A DNA stretch of 63,031 bases, filler included, from Octopus bimaculoides (Eukaryota): NCBI RefSeq assembly GCF_001194135.2. It is 7 parts of 6 records of this genome, joined end to end, with 100 filler letters (N's around TTAATTAATTAA, not from the genome) between each part and the next. Parts side by side here need not be neighbours in the genome. Positions count along the whole stretch, not along the records: positions 38,738 to 49,660 come from NW_026329821.1; positions 49,761 to 59,334 come from NC_068981.1; 5 more parts are not named here. The stretch is one strand, 5' to 3'. The translations under genes and the position numbers were made by a program. Position 1 is the first letter of the stretch, and each line of letters opens with the position of its first letter. A model generated the notes under the pieces. The model saw nothing but the letters and a program-made list of their open reading frames with translations. It did no database searches and was not told where the DNA came from. Positions 40,611 through 52,169 of the stretch are shown in pieces.

Positions 40611-40779
40611 TTCATTTCTTTATTTTTTAACGGTGGTTTGGAAATGGGGAGGGCGGAAGTCTTGGCTGCTTCGGAATCTTTTCAAATTGACTTCGTCCAA
40701 ATTTGTATTTTAGCGCCAAAGGAAAAATTTCACGGAACAACTCCAGTTGATTTCAAACCATCTCTGCTACAAAGGTGCA

Positions 40780-41140
40780 TATGGAATGCTGCGTCACCTG
40801 TTGGATATTCGTAGGGTGATCAGCTCTTCCGATGACGAAGTGGAGGGCGTGACAGTGCCCCCGTGACCCTACGGAAACTCAACAGGAAGAACGATTACGA
40901 AACGGGGGAGAGGAGGAGTAATCATTAAATGAGAGTGAAAGGTGGAGGAAGGGAAACGACCGGGAAGGAGGGAATGTGACGTCACGAAAGCAACAGAAAT
41001 GCCACGAGATATAGTCGCGTAAGGAAGTGAATGGGTAAAAGACGGAATCTTCATTACGTAGTCTGCGAGGAGGTCAGCTTGTCTGCTCGAAATGGTGGCA
41101 GAGTGGAATATATGAGTAAACTTCGTTAAAATAATCTGAT
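40780..41140 (-). mobile_element. Possible Penelope-like relic (post-RT region)
   Basis: KIPSFTHSLPYATISR then frameshifted HFCCFRDVTFPP resembles the PLE RIPLVLTYHP...RHF motif. Heavily decayed. Confidence 0.4.
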
Positions 41141-42023
41141 GATATTTTTTTCAAAAAAATTGAAAGTGAATTTGTTGACGGAATGAAACATCGAAAAAAC
41201 ACTGGAACGAATCCAAACCAGTCAGTGAGAGCCATCTGTTGGAGAATTGAAGAAATACAATCATGTAAAGGGAAATAACTTCTACAACACTTAAACCAAG
41301 CACCAAATTAAATTATTAGTTAGGGGCCGTTAATTACCGGGCACTGACTTGCAGTTTATGTCCGAATGCGGTAAGTTGGGCTGGCGATGTCCCTTCGGAC
41401 CCCAGCAAAAAGTTATTTATTTAAATGATTTATATCTGATGACTTTTATTGTCAACAATTTATGTATGTACGTAGAAATTTCCAGTCACATGGATGTGAT
41501 GGTATGAAATATGATCCATGGGGTCCAACTGGATCCCATTGGCCCTTTTTTTCTGTTCTTTTTTCGGGTATTCTGATGAACTAAAGGTCAATTTTCTTCG
41601 TATTTTCTCTCACTCTTACTTCCTGTTTCTGTTGTGCATGTAATTCAAAGGGTCAGCCTTGTCACACTGAATATCCCCGAGAACTACGTTAAGGGTACGC
41701 GTGTCTGTGGAGTGCTCAGCCACTAAATTTCTTGTTCTGTGTCATGCACTCACACATATATACAAGATTAAACAAATATTACTTCATGGATAGTGCGGAA
41801 ATCCGCAAAAATAAAAGGGGTCCCTCGGGACCCCAATGGCCTCTTATGTGTGATTTATGAGAGATTTGGCTGTTGTTTCCAGCACATCGCAAGACCACCC
41901 TCCTTGTTTTTTTCTCACCCAAATATGTACTAATGGTTTTCAATATTTTCCCTCATAAACACATTTATGTGACGGAGGTAAAGATCACAGACCCCATCCT
42001 CTTTGGGGTTTTTTTTTTTTTTT

Positions 42024-42185
42024 TTTTACGGGAACACACTATATCGAGGACGGAAATTCCGATTCCGAATTGGCAAAAAAAATCCGCATTTCAAAATTTA
42101 AATTCCCCACTCCCGAAAATTTTGAAAGGCAGATATTTTTGCAGATTCGAAGTCTCCGCCCTCGATATAGTGTGTTCCTGTAAAA
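42024..42185. repeat. 31-bp inverted repeat (29/31) with 100-bp spacer, MITE-like or hairpin
   Basis: TTTTACGGGAACACACTATATCGAGGACGGA 42024-54 versus TCCGCCCTCGATATAGTGTGTTCCTGTAAAA 42155-85. Confidence 0.85.
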
Positions 42186-42489
42186 TGAAGAAGAAAAACA
42201 AAAAAAAAATCGCAAAGGATTTGAATAAAAATTCCATGATCTTACCTCCGCCCATTTATGCTATAAAAAAAGGAAAATTTGAAAATGTATGATTTTTTTT
42301 TTTAACCCCACTTCCTGTTCCCAATTTTTGTTCATATAATTCTAAGATATTGGAGAGTCTGAGAGGATTATCGCTGGGATTTATCCAGAATGGTTTTCGT
42401 AAGAGATCTGTAAAATCTGATTTATTTTGGTAGCATAATTTTCTATTTCTATGTCGTTTCTATTACTATGTTCATTTTATCTTACTGCT

Positions 42490-42644
42490 TCTTTTCCTAT
42501 TTCAGAATATCACGACATGTTGATGTGAAAGAAATGCCTTCATTCAAATGTGCATTTGATATTTTTACCAACTAAAGGAAGACAATATATTTATAAGTAG
42601 CATTCATCGATAGATCGACCTCTTTATATAAATATTCTCTCATA
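42490..42644 (+). promoter_or_regulatory. Splice acceptor and 5' UTR with two short uORFs for the downstream ZNF gene
   Basis: Pyrimidine tract CTTTTCCTATTTCAG| ends at 42505. uORFs at 42517-42528 (MLM*) and 42534-42575 (MPSFKCAFDIFTN*). Confidence 0.55.
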
Positions 42645-44693
42645 ATGAATAGTTTAACTAAACCAGAAAACCCTGAGACAAGTGAGAAACCATATTCTTG
42701 TGATGTCTGCGGTAACTCGTTCTCTCGAAGGAGTTACTTGACTTGTCATATACGTACACATACAGGAGAGAAGCCATATCGTTGTGATATCTGTGGTAAG
42801 CCATTCTCACACAGGACTGCCTTAACCAAACACAAACGGACACATACAGGGGAGAGGCCATATCATTGTGATATCTGTGGTAAATCATTCACTGAAAATG
42901 GTTGCTTGACTAAACACAAACGCATTCATACAGGAGAGAAGCCATATCATTGTGATGTCTGTGATAAATCATTCTCTCGTAATAGTCATTTGACTAAACA
43001 CAAGCGTATTCATAGAGGAGAGAGACCATATCATTGTGATGTCTGTGGTGAATCATTTTCGGAAAGCAGTCACTTGACTCGGCACATGCGTATTCATACA
43101 GGTGAGAAGCCATATCACTGTGAGATCTGTGGTAAATCATTCTCTATAAGCAGTAACTTAATTAAACACCATCGCATTCATACAGGTGAGAAGCCATATC
43201 ATTGTGAAATCTGTGGTAAATCATTCGCTATAAATAGTCATTTGACTAGTCACAAACGCATTCATACTGGGGAAAAACCATTTCACTGTGATACCTGTGG
43301 TAAATCATTTTCTGAAAATAGCACTTTAACCAATCACAAACGTGTTCATACAGGTGAGAAACCATATCACTGTGATTTCTGTGGTAAATCATTCTCTTGT
43401 AACAGTCACTTGTCTAGTCACAAATGTGTTCATACTGGAGTAAACCCATATCAGTATGATATCTGCGATAAATCATTCTCTCAAATTAATCCCTTGAATA
43501 ATCACAAAACTACACATACAGGAGAGAAGCCATATTGTTGTGATATCTGTGATAAATCATTCTCTGAAAATAGTAATTTGGCTAAACACAAATGCTTTCA
43601 AAATGGGGAAAAACGATATCACTGTGATATATGTGATAAATCATTCACTGCAAACAGTCGGTTGACTAAACACAAGCGAGTTCATACAGGAGAGAAGCCA
43701 TATCATTGTGATATCTGTGGTAAATCATTTTCTGAAGGTGGTAACTTGAAAAGGCACAAATATATTCATACAGGTGAGAGGCCATATTGCGATAAATCAT
43801 TCACTGAAAATGGTGATGTAACTAAGCGCAAATGTTTTCTTACAGGCAAGAAAACTTATAGCTGTGGAATATGCGGCAGATCATTCTCTGAAAATGATAA
43901 TTTTACTGAACACAAATGCTTTCATACTGGGGAAAAAGTATACGATTGTGATACCTGTGGTAAATCATTTTCTAATGCCAGTTACTTGAAAAGGCACAGA
44001 CGTATTCATACAGGTGAGAAGCCATATCATTGTGATATTTGTGGTAAATCATTCTCTGAAAATAGTAATTTTTCTAAACACAAACGCATTCATACTGGGG
44101 AAAGACCGTATCACTGTGATATCTGTGGTAAATCATTCTCTGAAAGAGGTGAGTTGAATAAACACAAGCGTATTCATACAGGAGAGAAACCATATCATTG
44201 CGATATCTGTGGTAGATCATTTTCTGATGCCGGTAACTTGAAAAGGCACAAGCTTATTCATACAGGTGAGAAGCCATATCTTTGCAATGTCTGTGGTAAA
44301 TCATTCACTAAAAATGGTGATTTTACTAAACACAAATGCATTCATACTAGCGAAAAACGATATGACTGTGATACCTGTGGTAAATCATTTTCTAATTCCA
44401 GTTACTTGAAAAGGCATAAACGAATTCACACAGGAGAGAAGCCATATCATTGTGATATCTGTGGTAAATCATTCTCCGAAAACAGTAATTTTACAAAACA
44501 CAAACGCATTCATACCGGGGAAAGACCACATGAATGTGATACCTGTGGCAAATCATTCTCTGAAAGAGGTGAGTTAATTAAACATAAGCGCATTCATACA
44601 GGTGAAAAACCATATCATTGTGACACCTGTGGTAAATCATTCTCTCAAAAAAGTCACTTAAATACACATCTGAGTATTCACACACAAGTATAA
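42645..44693 (+). CDS. C2H2 zinc-finger array protein, 682 aa, 24 finger units, no effector domain seen
   Basis: Uninterrupted ORF of CxxC-x12-HxxxH repeats with TGEKP/TGERP linkers. Units 10 (C>Y), 11 (H>Q) and 14 (deletion) are degenerate. Confidence 0.93.
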   Translation: MNSLTKPENPETSEKPYSCDVCGNSFSRRSYLTCHIRTHTGEKPYRCDICGKPFSHRTALTKHKRTHTGERPYHCDICGKSFTENGCLTKHKRIHTGEKPYHCDVCDKSFSRNSHLTKHKRIHRGERPYHCDVCGESFSESSHLTRHMRIHTGEKPYHCEICGKSFSISSNLIKHHRIHTGEKPYHCEICGKSFAINSHLTSHKRIHTGEKPFHCDTCGKSFSENSTLTNHKRVHTGEKPYHCDFCGKSFSCNSHLSSHKCVHTGVNPYQYDICDKSFSQINPLNNHKTTHTGEKPYCCDICDKSFSENSNLAKHKCFQNGEKRYHCDICDKSFTANSRLTKHKRVHTGEKPYHCDICGKSFSEGGNLKRHKYIHTGERPYCDKSFTENGDVTKRKCFLTGKKTYSCGICGRSFSENDNFTEHKCFHTGEKVYDCDTCGKSFSNASYLKRHRRIHTGEKPYHCDICGKSFSENSNFSKHKRIHTGERPYHCDICGKSFSERGELNKHKRIHTGEKPYHCDICGRSFSDAGNLKRHKLIHTGEKPYLCNVCGKSFTKNGDFTKHKCIHTSEKRYDCDTCGKSFSNSSYLKRHKRIHTGEKPYHCDICGKSFSENSNFTKHKRIHTGERPHECDTCGKSFSERGELIKHKRIHTGEKPYHCDTCGKSFSQKSHLNTHLSIHTQV

Positions 44694-46169
44694 CTGTATC
44701 AGTTTTAAAATTTATTACGACAACAGTTATGACCATTTTGTCTGTTAAAAGACGGTTTTTTTCCCTCTTCAAATTTGACGTTGTCAACTTCAATTAAATC
44801 AGTGTCAACATGAAATTCATCAACTTCAATATCGTATATATATATATATGTAAATTTATAAGCTCAGTGATGACTTTAATTGCTGAAGATGGTTGTGCTG
44901 GATTTTTGAGGAGTTTGTTTTGAGAGAATAAAGAAATAGGAATAACGAATAAAAGATTAAATTGTTGATTTTGTCTGCGTTTTCATCATTGTTGTCATCG
45001 TCATCATTCTCATCCTTTAGCAATATTTTTTTATATGCTGGCATGTGTGGGACAGTGTGACACGAGCTGGCAAGCTTGAATGTTGACACCAGGTTCCAAT
45101 CTAATTTGGCTGAGTTTCTTTGGATGTATTCCCTCCTAATTCTATCCACCCATCCAAGTGATAAGAAGAAAAAGAAAATTCTTTAATACACCTTTAATGA
45201 TTCATTACAATTGTTTCTGTACCATTTCCATTTGCAACACTGCACAAAAATTTACGTAATGTTTGCAGTTCTAAACAGAGCTGCACTTCGTCAGAGGTGT
45301 GCTGTCACATTCTACGTCTTCCAGACCTTGTTTTTTGGTTTATATCGGGAGGAAACAAAGAAAAAAAAAATTAATAAAAGTGTAGTTCTTGGATGAGTAA
45401 GTGACAGGGGTAGAGATTATGTTTGGAGATGATAATCAAATGGAAGGATACAATCAGATAACAGCTGATTTCATGATTTTGTTCACGAAGCTACTTTATG
45501 GTGTGTATCTTAACATTTACTGTACATATTTTAATATGATTTTATATGCTTTAAATGGTTTTCTAGTGATTTTACGATTCCAATATTTGTGGCGGACAGA
45601 TGTAAAGTTGAGTAAAATGACTTGATTGTTTTTCATCTATTTGAAAATCAACGTAAGTCGAAATGACTTCAGCCGAGGTGTGCTTGTATATATATATATA
45701 CATAAATGCATATATATATATATATATACACACTATGTATGACTTTATGTTGTGTATATGATCTATTCTTTTGAATGTATGGATAACTGAAAGGACAAAT
45801 CCGTATTTGCTTTAGTTAGTACGTGAGTGCACTTTATCGTATATACATATCGACTTCAAACCTCATACGTGGCTAAACAATTTTATTTTTGTCCTTGTGC
45901 CCGAAGGAAGATACGTGATATGCATAGTGATTTATGAAGTTGCCTTCACGTAGCCCTATGTGGTTCTTCATTTCGGTTATGTTATCATCTACCATTACTG
46001 TAACTTCAGCTTCATATTTGACGCATTTAATCATGCATCCTTGGTTGAGTGGACACGTTCCTGGGTCTCGACAGTTACACCTGGGAGTAGGCCCTTAGTG
46101 ATGTTTGCGTGTAATGATGCTCTTTATATTGGGGGCAGCAGCCATATGATAATATGATAATTTTACTGA

Positions 46170-46530
46170 GATACAAAGATATTAACAATGAAGCTACATT
46201 CCTCGCTAAAATCGACGATAGATTAGAATGTTTAGTAAAACGGAATCTTTTATTACTTTCAGAGACCATAAACCAAATTTTCGTAATAAAACACTTGTAG
46301 ATTGTCAAACGCAGTGAGCACTGAAATTAGGTTGATAGGCCCCACCAGACAAAGAAAAAACACTTGGGAATGTGAATGTCAAAATTAGAGAGACCACTAG
46401 GCTACAACAATGGGATAATTGTGTTACTGTAATAGACTGGTTTAAGAACATTAAGAATAAGCATAAAACTAGATTTATTCAGTTCAATATTATAGATTTT
46501 TATTCTTCTATATCGAGATCACTGCTTAAT
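46170..46530 (+). mobile_element. Penelope-like RT fragment
   Basis: INNEATFLAKIDDRLECL...FITFRDHKPNF and WFKNIKNKHKTRFIQFNIIDFYSSIS match PLE RT motifs (FITLKDHK; FDIVDFYPSI). Confidence 0.7.
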
Positions 46531-46805
46531 GAAGAGTTTATCAGATAATATATATATGTAATATATGTATATATATATAAAATTAAACAATAGGGTAAAA
46601 AATTGGATATTAATTAATATCAATTTAACACCAGGGAACAAGCACATTAAAATAATCAGGAAGATTCAGAAAATATATCTGAGATCTCAAAGGATTATTG
46701 TATATGCATATATAAAAATATATATACAGGAGGCCACTAGGTGGACTGCTAATGTGCTAGAAGAAGATCACATATATGTATGTATGTATATAAATATATA
46801 TAGAA

Positions 46806-47068
46806 GGTGGAGGCGCGTGGCCAAGTGGTTAGGGTGTCAGCATCATGATCGCAAGATTGTGGTTTCGATTCCTGGACCGGGCGACGCGTTGTGTTCTTGA
46901 GCAAAACACTTCATTTCACGTTGCTCCAGTCCACTCAGCTGGCAAAAATGAGTAACGCTAAGATGGACCGGCGTCCCGTCCAGCTGGGGAACACATACGC
47001 CATTGAAACTGGGAAACCGGGCCCATGAGCCTGGCTAGGCTTTAAAAGGGCGCATTTATTTATTTCAT
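46806..47068 (+). mobile_element. Full-length CORE-like tRNA SINE (family C) with 12-bp TSD
   Basis: TSD ATATATATAGAA at 46794-46805 and 47069-47080. A and B boxes present, ATTT tail. Confidence 0.9.
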
Positions 47069-47325
47069 ATATATATAGAAACATTGATCATAGAACAAAC
47101 ATCAAATTCAAGCCAACGGCTATAAAGCCGTTGGCTTGAATTATATAAATATAACACCACACCTTAAACATTTGATCATATATAAATATTACCATGGTTC
47201 TTAAACATATAAAAATATACATATACAAAAAACACAGAAGGTAAAAATACATATATTAAATACATTTAATAGAAAAAATGTACATGTGAATGGGTATAAA
47301 ATAATCCAACTTACACAGAATAGAA

Positions 47326-47645
47326 ATGATACCAGGAGTTAAACGAGTGGAGTTTTCTGAGTCCAACAACTGTTTCTGGGGTTTGGTGGTCCTGAATAAC
47401 GATAGTTACTTGGATCCATTATCGGATAACACTGCCTCCGTCTTCAGGGGAGAATTCTACATTTGAGGTATTGACATGTTTAAACTCCATCCTGTCAACA
47501 CCTTAAATGTAAAATTCTCCCCTGAAGACGGAGTTAGTGTTATCCAATGAACGAATCCAAGTAACTATCATTATTCCAGATCACAAATCCCCCAGAAACA
47601 GCTGTTAGGCTCGTAAAACTCTACCCATTTAACTACTGATATCAT
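47326..47645. repeat. ~150-bp imperfect inverted repeat with 16-nt loop; each arm has a degenerate hammerhead-like module
   Basis: Arms 47326-47476 and 47493-47645 are about 80% identical by eye. Each reads CTGAAGA...GAAA-CAG(C/T)TG-TT (47522-47606 on +; 47447 downward on -). Confidence 0.85.
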
Positions 47646-47699
47646 ATATATTCTGTAAGTTGGACTAGTTTAAATCCATTCATGCATACATTTTTTTCT

Positions 47700-47880
47700 A
47701 GGTCCAGGAAGACTTGGGATGAGGTGGTGAGGCACAACCTTCGAACATTGGGCCTCACCGAGGCGATGATTTCTGACCGAGACCTTTGGAAATATGCTGT
47801 GTGTGAGAAGACCCGGCAAGCCAAGTGAGACCTAAATCCAAGGCCTCTACCAGAGGTGTAGCCAGCCCACTTATGCGTAC
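47700..47880 (+). mobile_element. RTE LINE 3' end
   Basis: RKTWDEVVRHNLRTLGLTEAMISDRDLWKYAVCEKTRQAK*, homologous to 403-535. Confidence 0.75.
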
Positions 47881-48065
47881 CTTCCTTCATTGGACGCTAA
47901 ATTCCGCTTGCGAAGATCAAATATGTAGGTATATACTTGTGTTTACAAAGTGACTAACAAATGCCTCATAACCACATTTTCATCTCACTCTTTTACTCCA
48001 TCTACAACTCTGTCTCCTTCTTTCAGTTTGTATTTTTCACTTTTCTGTCTGTCTATTTGTCTTTG

Positions 48066-49660
48066 TTATTTATTTAATATTTCTGGTAATCTGTAGACAG
48101 CCTTAGCTTCTTGATGACGAGATCCAAAGATCCCACTTTTTGAATCTAGACACATTTTGTATTGTTCATTATTCAAATCATGTGAACAGAATTTTGGGTG
48201 GTAAATGTGTATCAGTGACAAATCAGGGGCCCGAATTGCTGTCATGTTAGACCTGAGGCATAGTTCATAGAAATCTATGTCCTCTTTGCCCCATCCTTCA
48301 ATTTTTGTGTCATACCCACCCACTTCCAGAAAGTCTTTTTTATAGATGGACACCATACCAAAACTGAAATATCTCCAAAAGCCGTCATCTTTGCCAAATA
48401 AATAATGGTTCTTCTTACAATTGGGTTTGTAGCAAATAGATTCAGGATCAAACTGGCTGAAATAAATCGGAAAATACACTTGCTTGCCATATATCGTGTT
48501 CACTCGTACTCGATGTAAAAATGTCTCTGTGATGGCCATATCGATATCAATAAAAAGGAGAAGGGAGTCATNNNNNNNNNNNNNNNNNNNNNNNNNNNNN
48601 NNNNNNNNNNNNNNNNNNNNNNNNNNNNNNNNNNNNNNNNNNNNNNNNNNNNNNNNNNNNNNNNNNNNNNNNNNNNNNNNNNNNNNNNNNNNNNNNNNNN
48701 NNNNNNNNNNNNNNNNNNNNNNNNNNNNNNNNNNNNNNNNTACTGCAGTTCTTCATGCCATGCTGCAATGCCACCCCACGAGCAAAATCTCCAGTCAAAA
48801 ATGTTACTTCTAGTTTCATGGAAGGGTACCGAGACTCCAAACGTCTCATCATAGCGATTTGTTTGACCCAGACTCCTTCTGGATCTTTGTAGATAACAAG
48901 GATCACTTTGAGGTTCTCCAGTGTTCTTTTGAAGATCTTCTCTAGGGTCTCTGTAAATCGTACAAATGCTTCTAATTTTCCAGCAATTGGCATAATCAGA
49001 TTGATTTCTTTCATCTGCCCACCACCTTTGCTGTTATTGTATTTGGTATTGATATCAAAATGGCGCTTAAACATGTCCTCTTCTTCAGTAAACTTCAGAG
49101 GCAGTAGACGCTGCGAGGCCATAAATGTGCCACTGTAATAACCATCTTCAGTCTTTCGTTGCAATAAGTTGACTTGTAGTAGATGTTGTACCCCTTGGAC
49201 AGGTGACATGTAACGATAGGCTCGGAGAAACTTCTTAAACTTGATATTATCTACTCCTTCCCAATAATGACTATGGAGAGCTCTGACAGCGTTCTGTATG
49301 GTTTCATCATGTTTTTTCACACTCAGCTTCTGTTTCGGGGCCTGATGAATATTTGCCATGGAATAAATTGACTCCATTTCAATATTCTCCCATTGTGCTG
49401 CAACATCACCAGTATCATACCAAAACTTGACAGAGGCCTTCTTCGGTTCACGTTTCTTATTAAAATATTCAATATTGTGAAGATATTTCATCATAGGCAT
49501 TGACAGACGCTTCAGCTGCTTTGTAGCCATTCCCCTCTTGACCATTTCCAACTCATTTCTCAAGCTGTCTGCTTTTCTTTTCAACCATTTAATTTCATCG
49601 TCTTTGAAATGCAATGCCAAACGTATTACGAAACTGTTATTTTTCACTGGATGCAACGTG
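48066..49660 (-). CDS. CHSY1: Chondroitin sulfate synthase (CHSY1/3-like), large terminal coding exon, 5'-truncated by a join
   Basis: TLHPVK, INLIMPIAG...F.RF, FARGVAL, LLLFIDID (DxD), VYFPIYFSQFDP, GFWRYFSFG, VGGYDTKIEGWGKED, HIYHPKFC and QYKMCLDSK match CHSY. An N gap lies at 48572-48740. Confidence 0.95.
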
Positions 49661-49789
49661 NNNNNNNNNNNNNNNNNNNNNNNNNNNNNNNNNNNNNNNN
49701 NNNNTTAATTAATTAANNNNNNNNNNNNNNNNNNNNNNNNNNNNNNNNNNNNNNNNNNNNTATATATATGTATATGTATATGTATGAAT

Positions 49790-49995
49790 GTGTGTATGTC
49801 TTTGTGTCTGTGTTTGTTTATCACCACTGCTTGACAACCGCTGTTGGTGTGTTTAGGTCCCCGTTGCGTAATGGCTCGGTAAAAGAAACGGATAGAATAA
49901 GGACAAGGCCATACAAAAAAAAAAAAATAAAATAAAAACAGGGTCGATTCAAGGCGATGCCCCAGCATGGCTGTAGCCTTATGACTGCAGTACGC
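49790..49995 (+). mobile_element. Family A SINE 3' module
   Basis: CTTGACAACCGCTGTTGGTGTGTTT...CCAGCATGGCTGTAGCC. Confidence 0.65.
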
Positions 49996-50352
49996 AAAAG
50001 ACAAAGAAAGAAACTCACAAATGAAAGGAATTTTTTATAGCAAAGAGTATGCATTAAATCAATTGTGAAAACAGAACCAAAGATAACAAGCACCTGTATT
50101 GAAATATTGCATTAAAAATTTATAGTTCTAATATTCTCTACTGTACGTTATATGAATTAGAAAAAGCAGAAGATAGACAAGAGAATAAATGAATATATTC
50201 AGATTACACATCCGAAAATCTGACTTAAAACGATAACATTTAGCACAGATTTAGACAGGATATTTCCTTCAATTTTCACCTTTTTGGCATTTGTCGTTTA
50301 CTTCATTTCCTGTTTTATGTTTGCTACACTTCCCAAAAGCAGTAATATGTAT

Positions 50353-50465
<113 letters not shown>

Positions 50466-51464
50466 GTTGCTTTTCAGCTAATTGTGTTAGTTTGTCTTCA
50501 TCCTTTAATAGATGCTTTTCTAGTTCTCCACAGTATATTTTATGACAGATTTCTGTTTGGAAAAGTGTGTTTTTTTAAATAACTTTAATGTTCTTTGAAT
50601 CTTTTGGGTGTTATATTTCAAGTGTTTTCTTAATTTCTTTGACTTTCAGTTAACTATCATTCATTTTAACTATTCTTTATCATTATAAAAGTTAGTGTTG
50701 TTTTAGTTTCATTCTAATGCATATATAATATACTTTTCTATTTTCTAGTTTCCTATATTAATGCATTACTTTGTTCATCAAGTACTAGAAGTAATCCATT
50801 TTTTTCTTGTTTCCCGTTGTTTTTCGTACAGGCTGATATACTTGATAATGATGGCAGGTTCATTCTACACCTTCTTTCCTTTTAATAGCTTGATCTGGAG
50901 TTAGAAGTTGTAACCATGTATTAGCAGTCTCTCCGTTATATAATCCTGAACGAATACATATGAAAGAGAATAAAAATACTATGTAGACTGTTGGAAGAGT
51001 GAGTGTGGTTTTGTGTAGTTTCCATGGAAACCCACGGAGGACTCCAGCTTTTAGAGAATTTTTGTGGATTGAAATTTTTGCTGCTTTTTTTTTTTGCAGT
51101 TTGAACGTTTTATGTATCGTCACATGCTATCATCCTGTACCGTTCTCAACCTATTTGTAAACACTTAATGGATAATAAAATAATCATCATCACCATCATC
51201 ACCATTATCATTATCAATGAGTGAGAGAGCAAAGCATGCCATCAAAGTAACACCGAGTTACAAGTATATGAACCCTGATATACCTATCATGACTACCCAT
51301 CTGATAAGGATATACCAGGCACATGCATCATAACCGTATGTGTGCGACATGGTGATCTCATATCAAGTTAAAAGATACCTGATCTTGCAGTGGGGCTCAC
51401 TTAGAAATTTTAAAATTTTCTTCAGATCGAGTAGCCTATCTCGCTCAAAGTGCCTTGTAATAAT

Positions 51465-51470
51465 TATTAC

Positions 51471-51519
<49 letters not shown>

Positions 51520-51768
51520 GTTATTATTACTATTATTATGTTGTTTTTTTTCTTCTTTCTTCAAATTTTCTTCCATTTCTCGCCGAGTGTTTTCCGTACA
51601 CCTAGGGCAGAGACACTTGTTGTATGTATTCCCAGTTTACACACGCAAATTCACAGGTAAAACATGTATTTAAGAAAAAAAAATTCATGAATGGATGCTG
51701 TTTTCACAGCGATAATGCTCTTCTCAGTACATGAGTCGTTCCAGTTAGCACGATTTTTTTGCACTTCC

Positions 51769-51775
<7 letters not shown>
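51465..51775 (-). mobile_element. Dong/R4-like LINE 3' end with (AAT)n tail
   Basis: CKKIVLTGTTHVLRRALSL* is an R4-type C-terminus, followed by a short UTR and an (AAT)n tail at 51465-51535. Confidence 0.6.
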
Positions 51776-51839
<64 letters not shown>

Positions 51840-52169
51840 TTATTGTTGTTGTTGTTGTTGTCGTCGTCGTCATCGTCGAGGTAAGACGTGTTGCTATTCT
51901 TCAATTTTATCGGTTTTTGTTTTCTGAACCAATTTTGATGTGCAAAAGGGGTTCTGTTGCTGAAAATTTCTCCCTTTTAAGGGTCAAATTTCGGACTTTT
52001 TGTTCTTTTAATAAAAGGAAAAAAATATTTTTTCGTTTGACGAAAAAAACAAGATGGCTTCTTCTGTCAAGGGGAGTGGCAGTAGCTGTTCTGACAGTCA
52101 AGATTTCCCCCCTCTAAGTAGCACAATCACGAGCAGTGATGCCAACACCACTACCACAACTAACCAAGA

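Noticed and set aside
41136-41175. CTGATGA-T/A hairpin-GAAA
   Set aside because: The stem is homopolymer only, with no stem III or NUH triplet.
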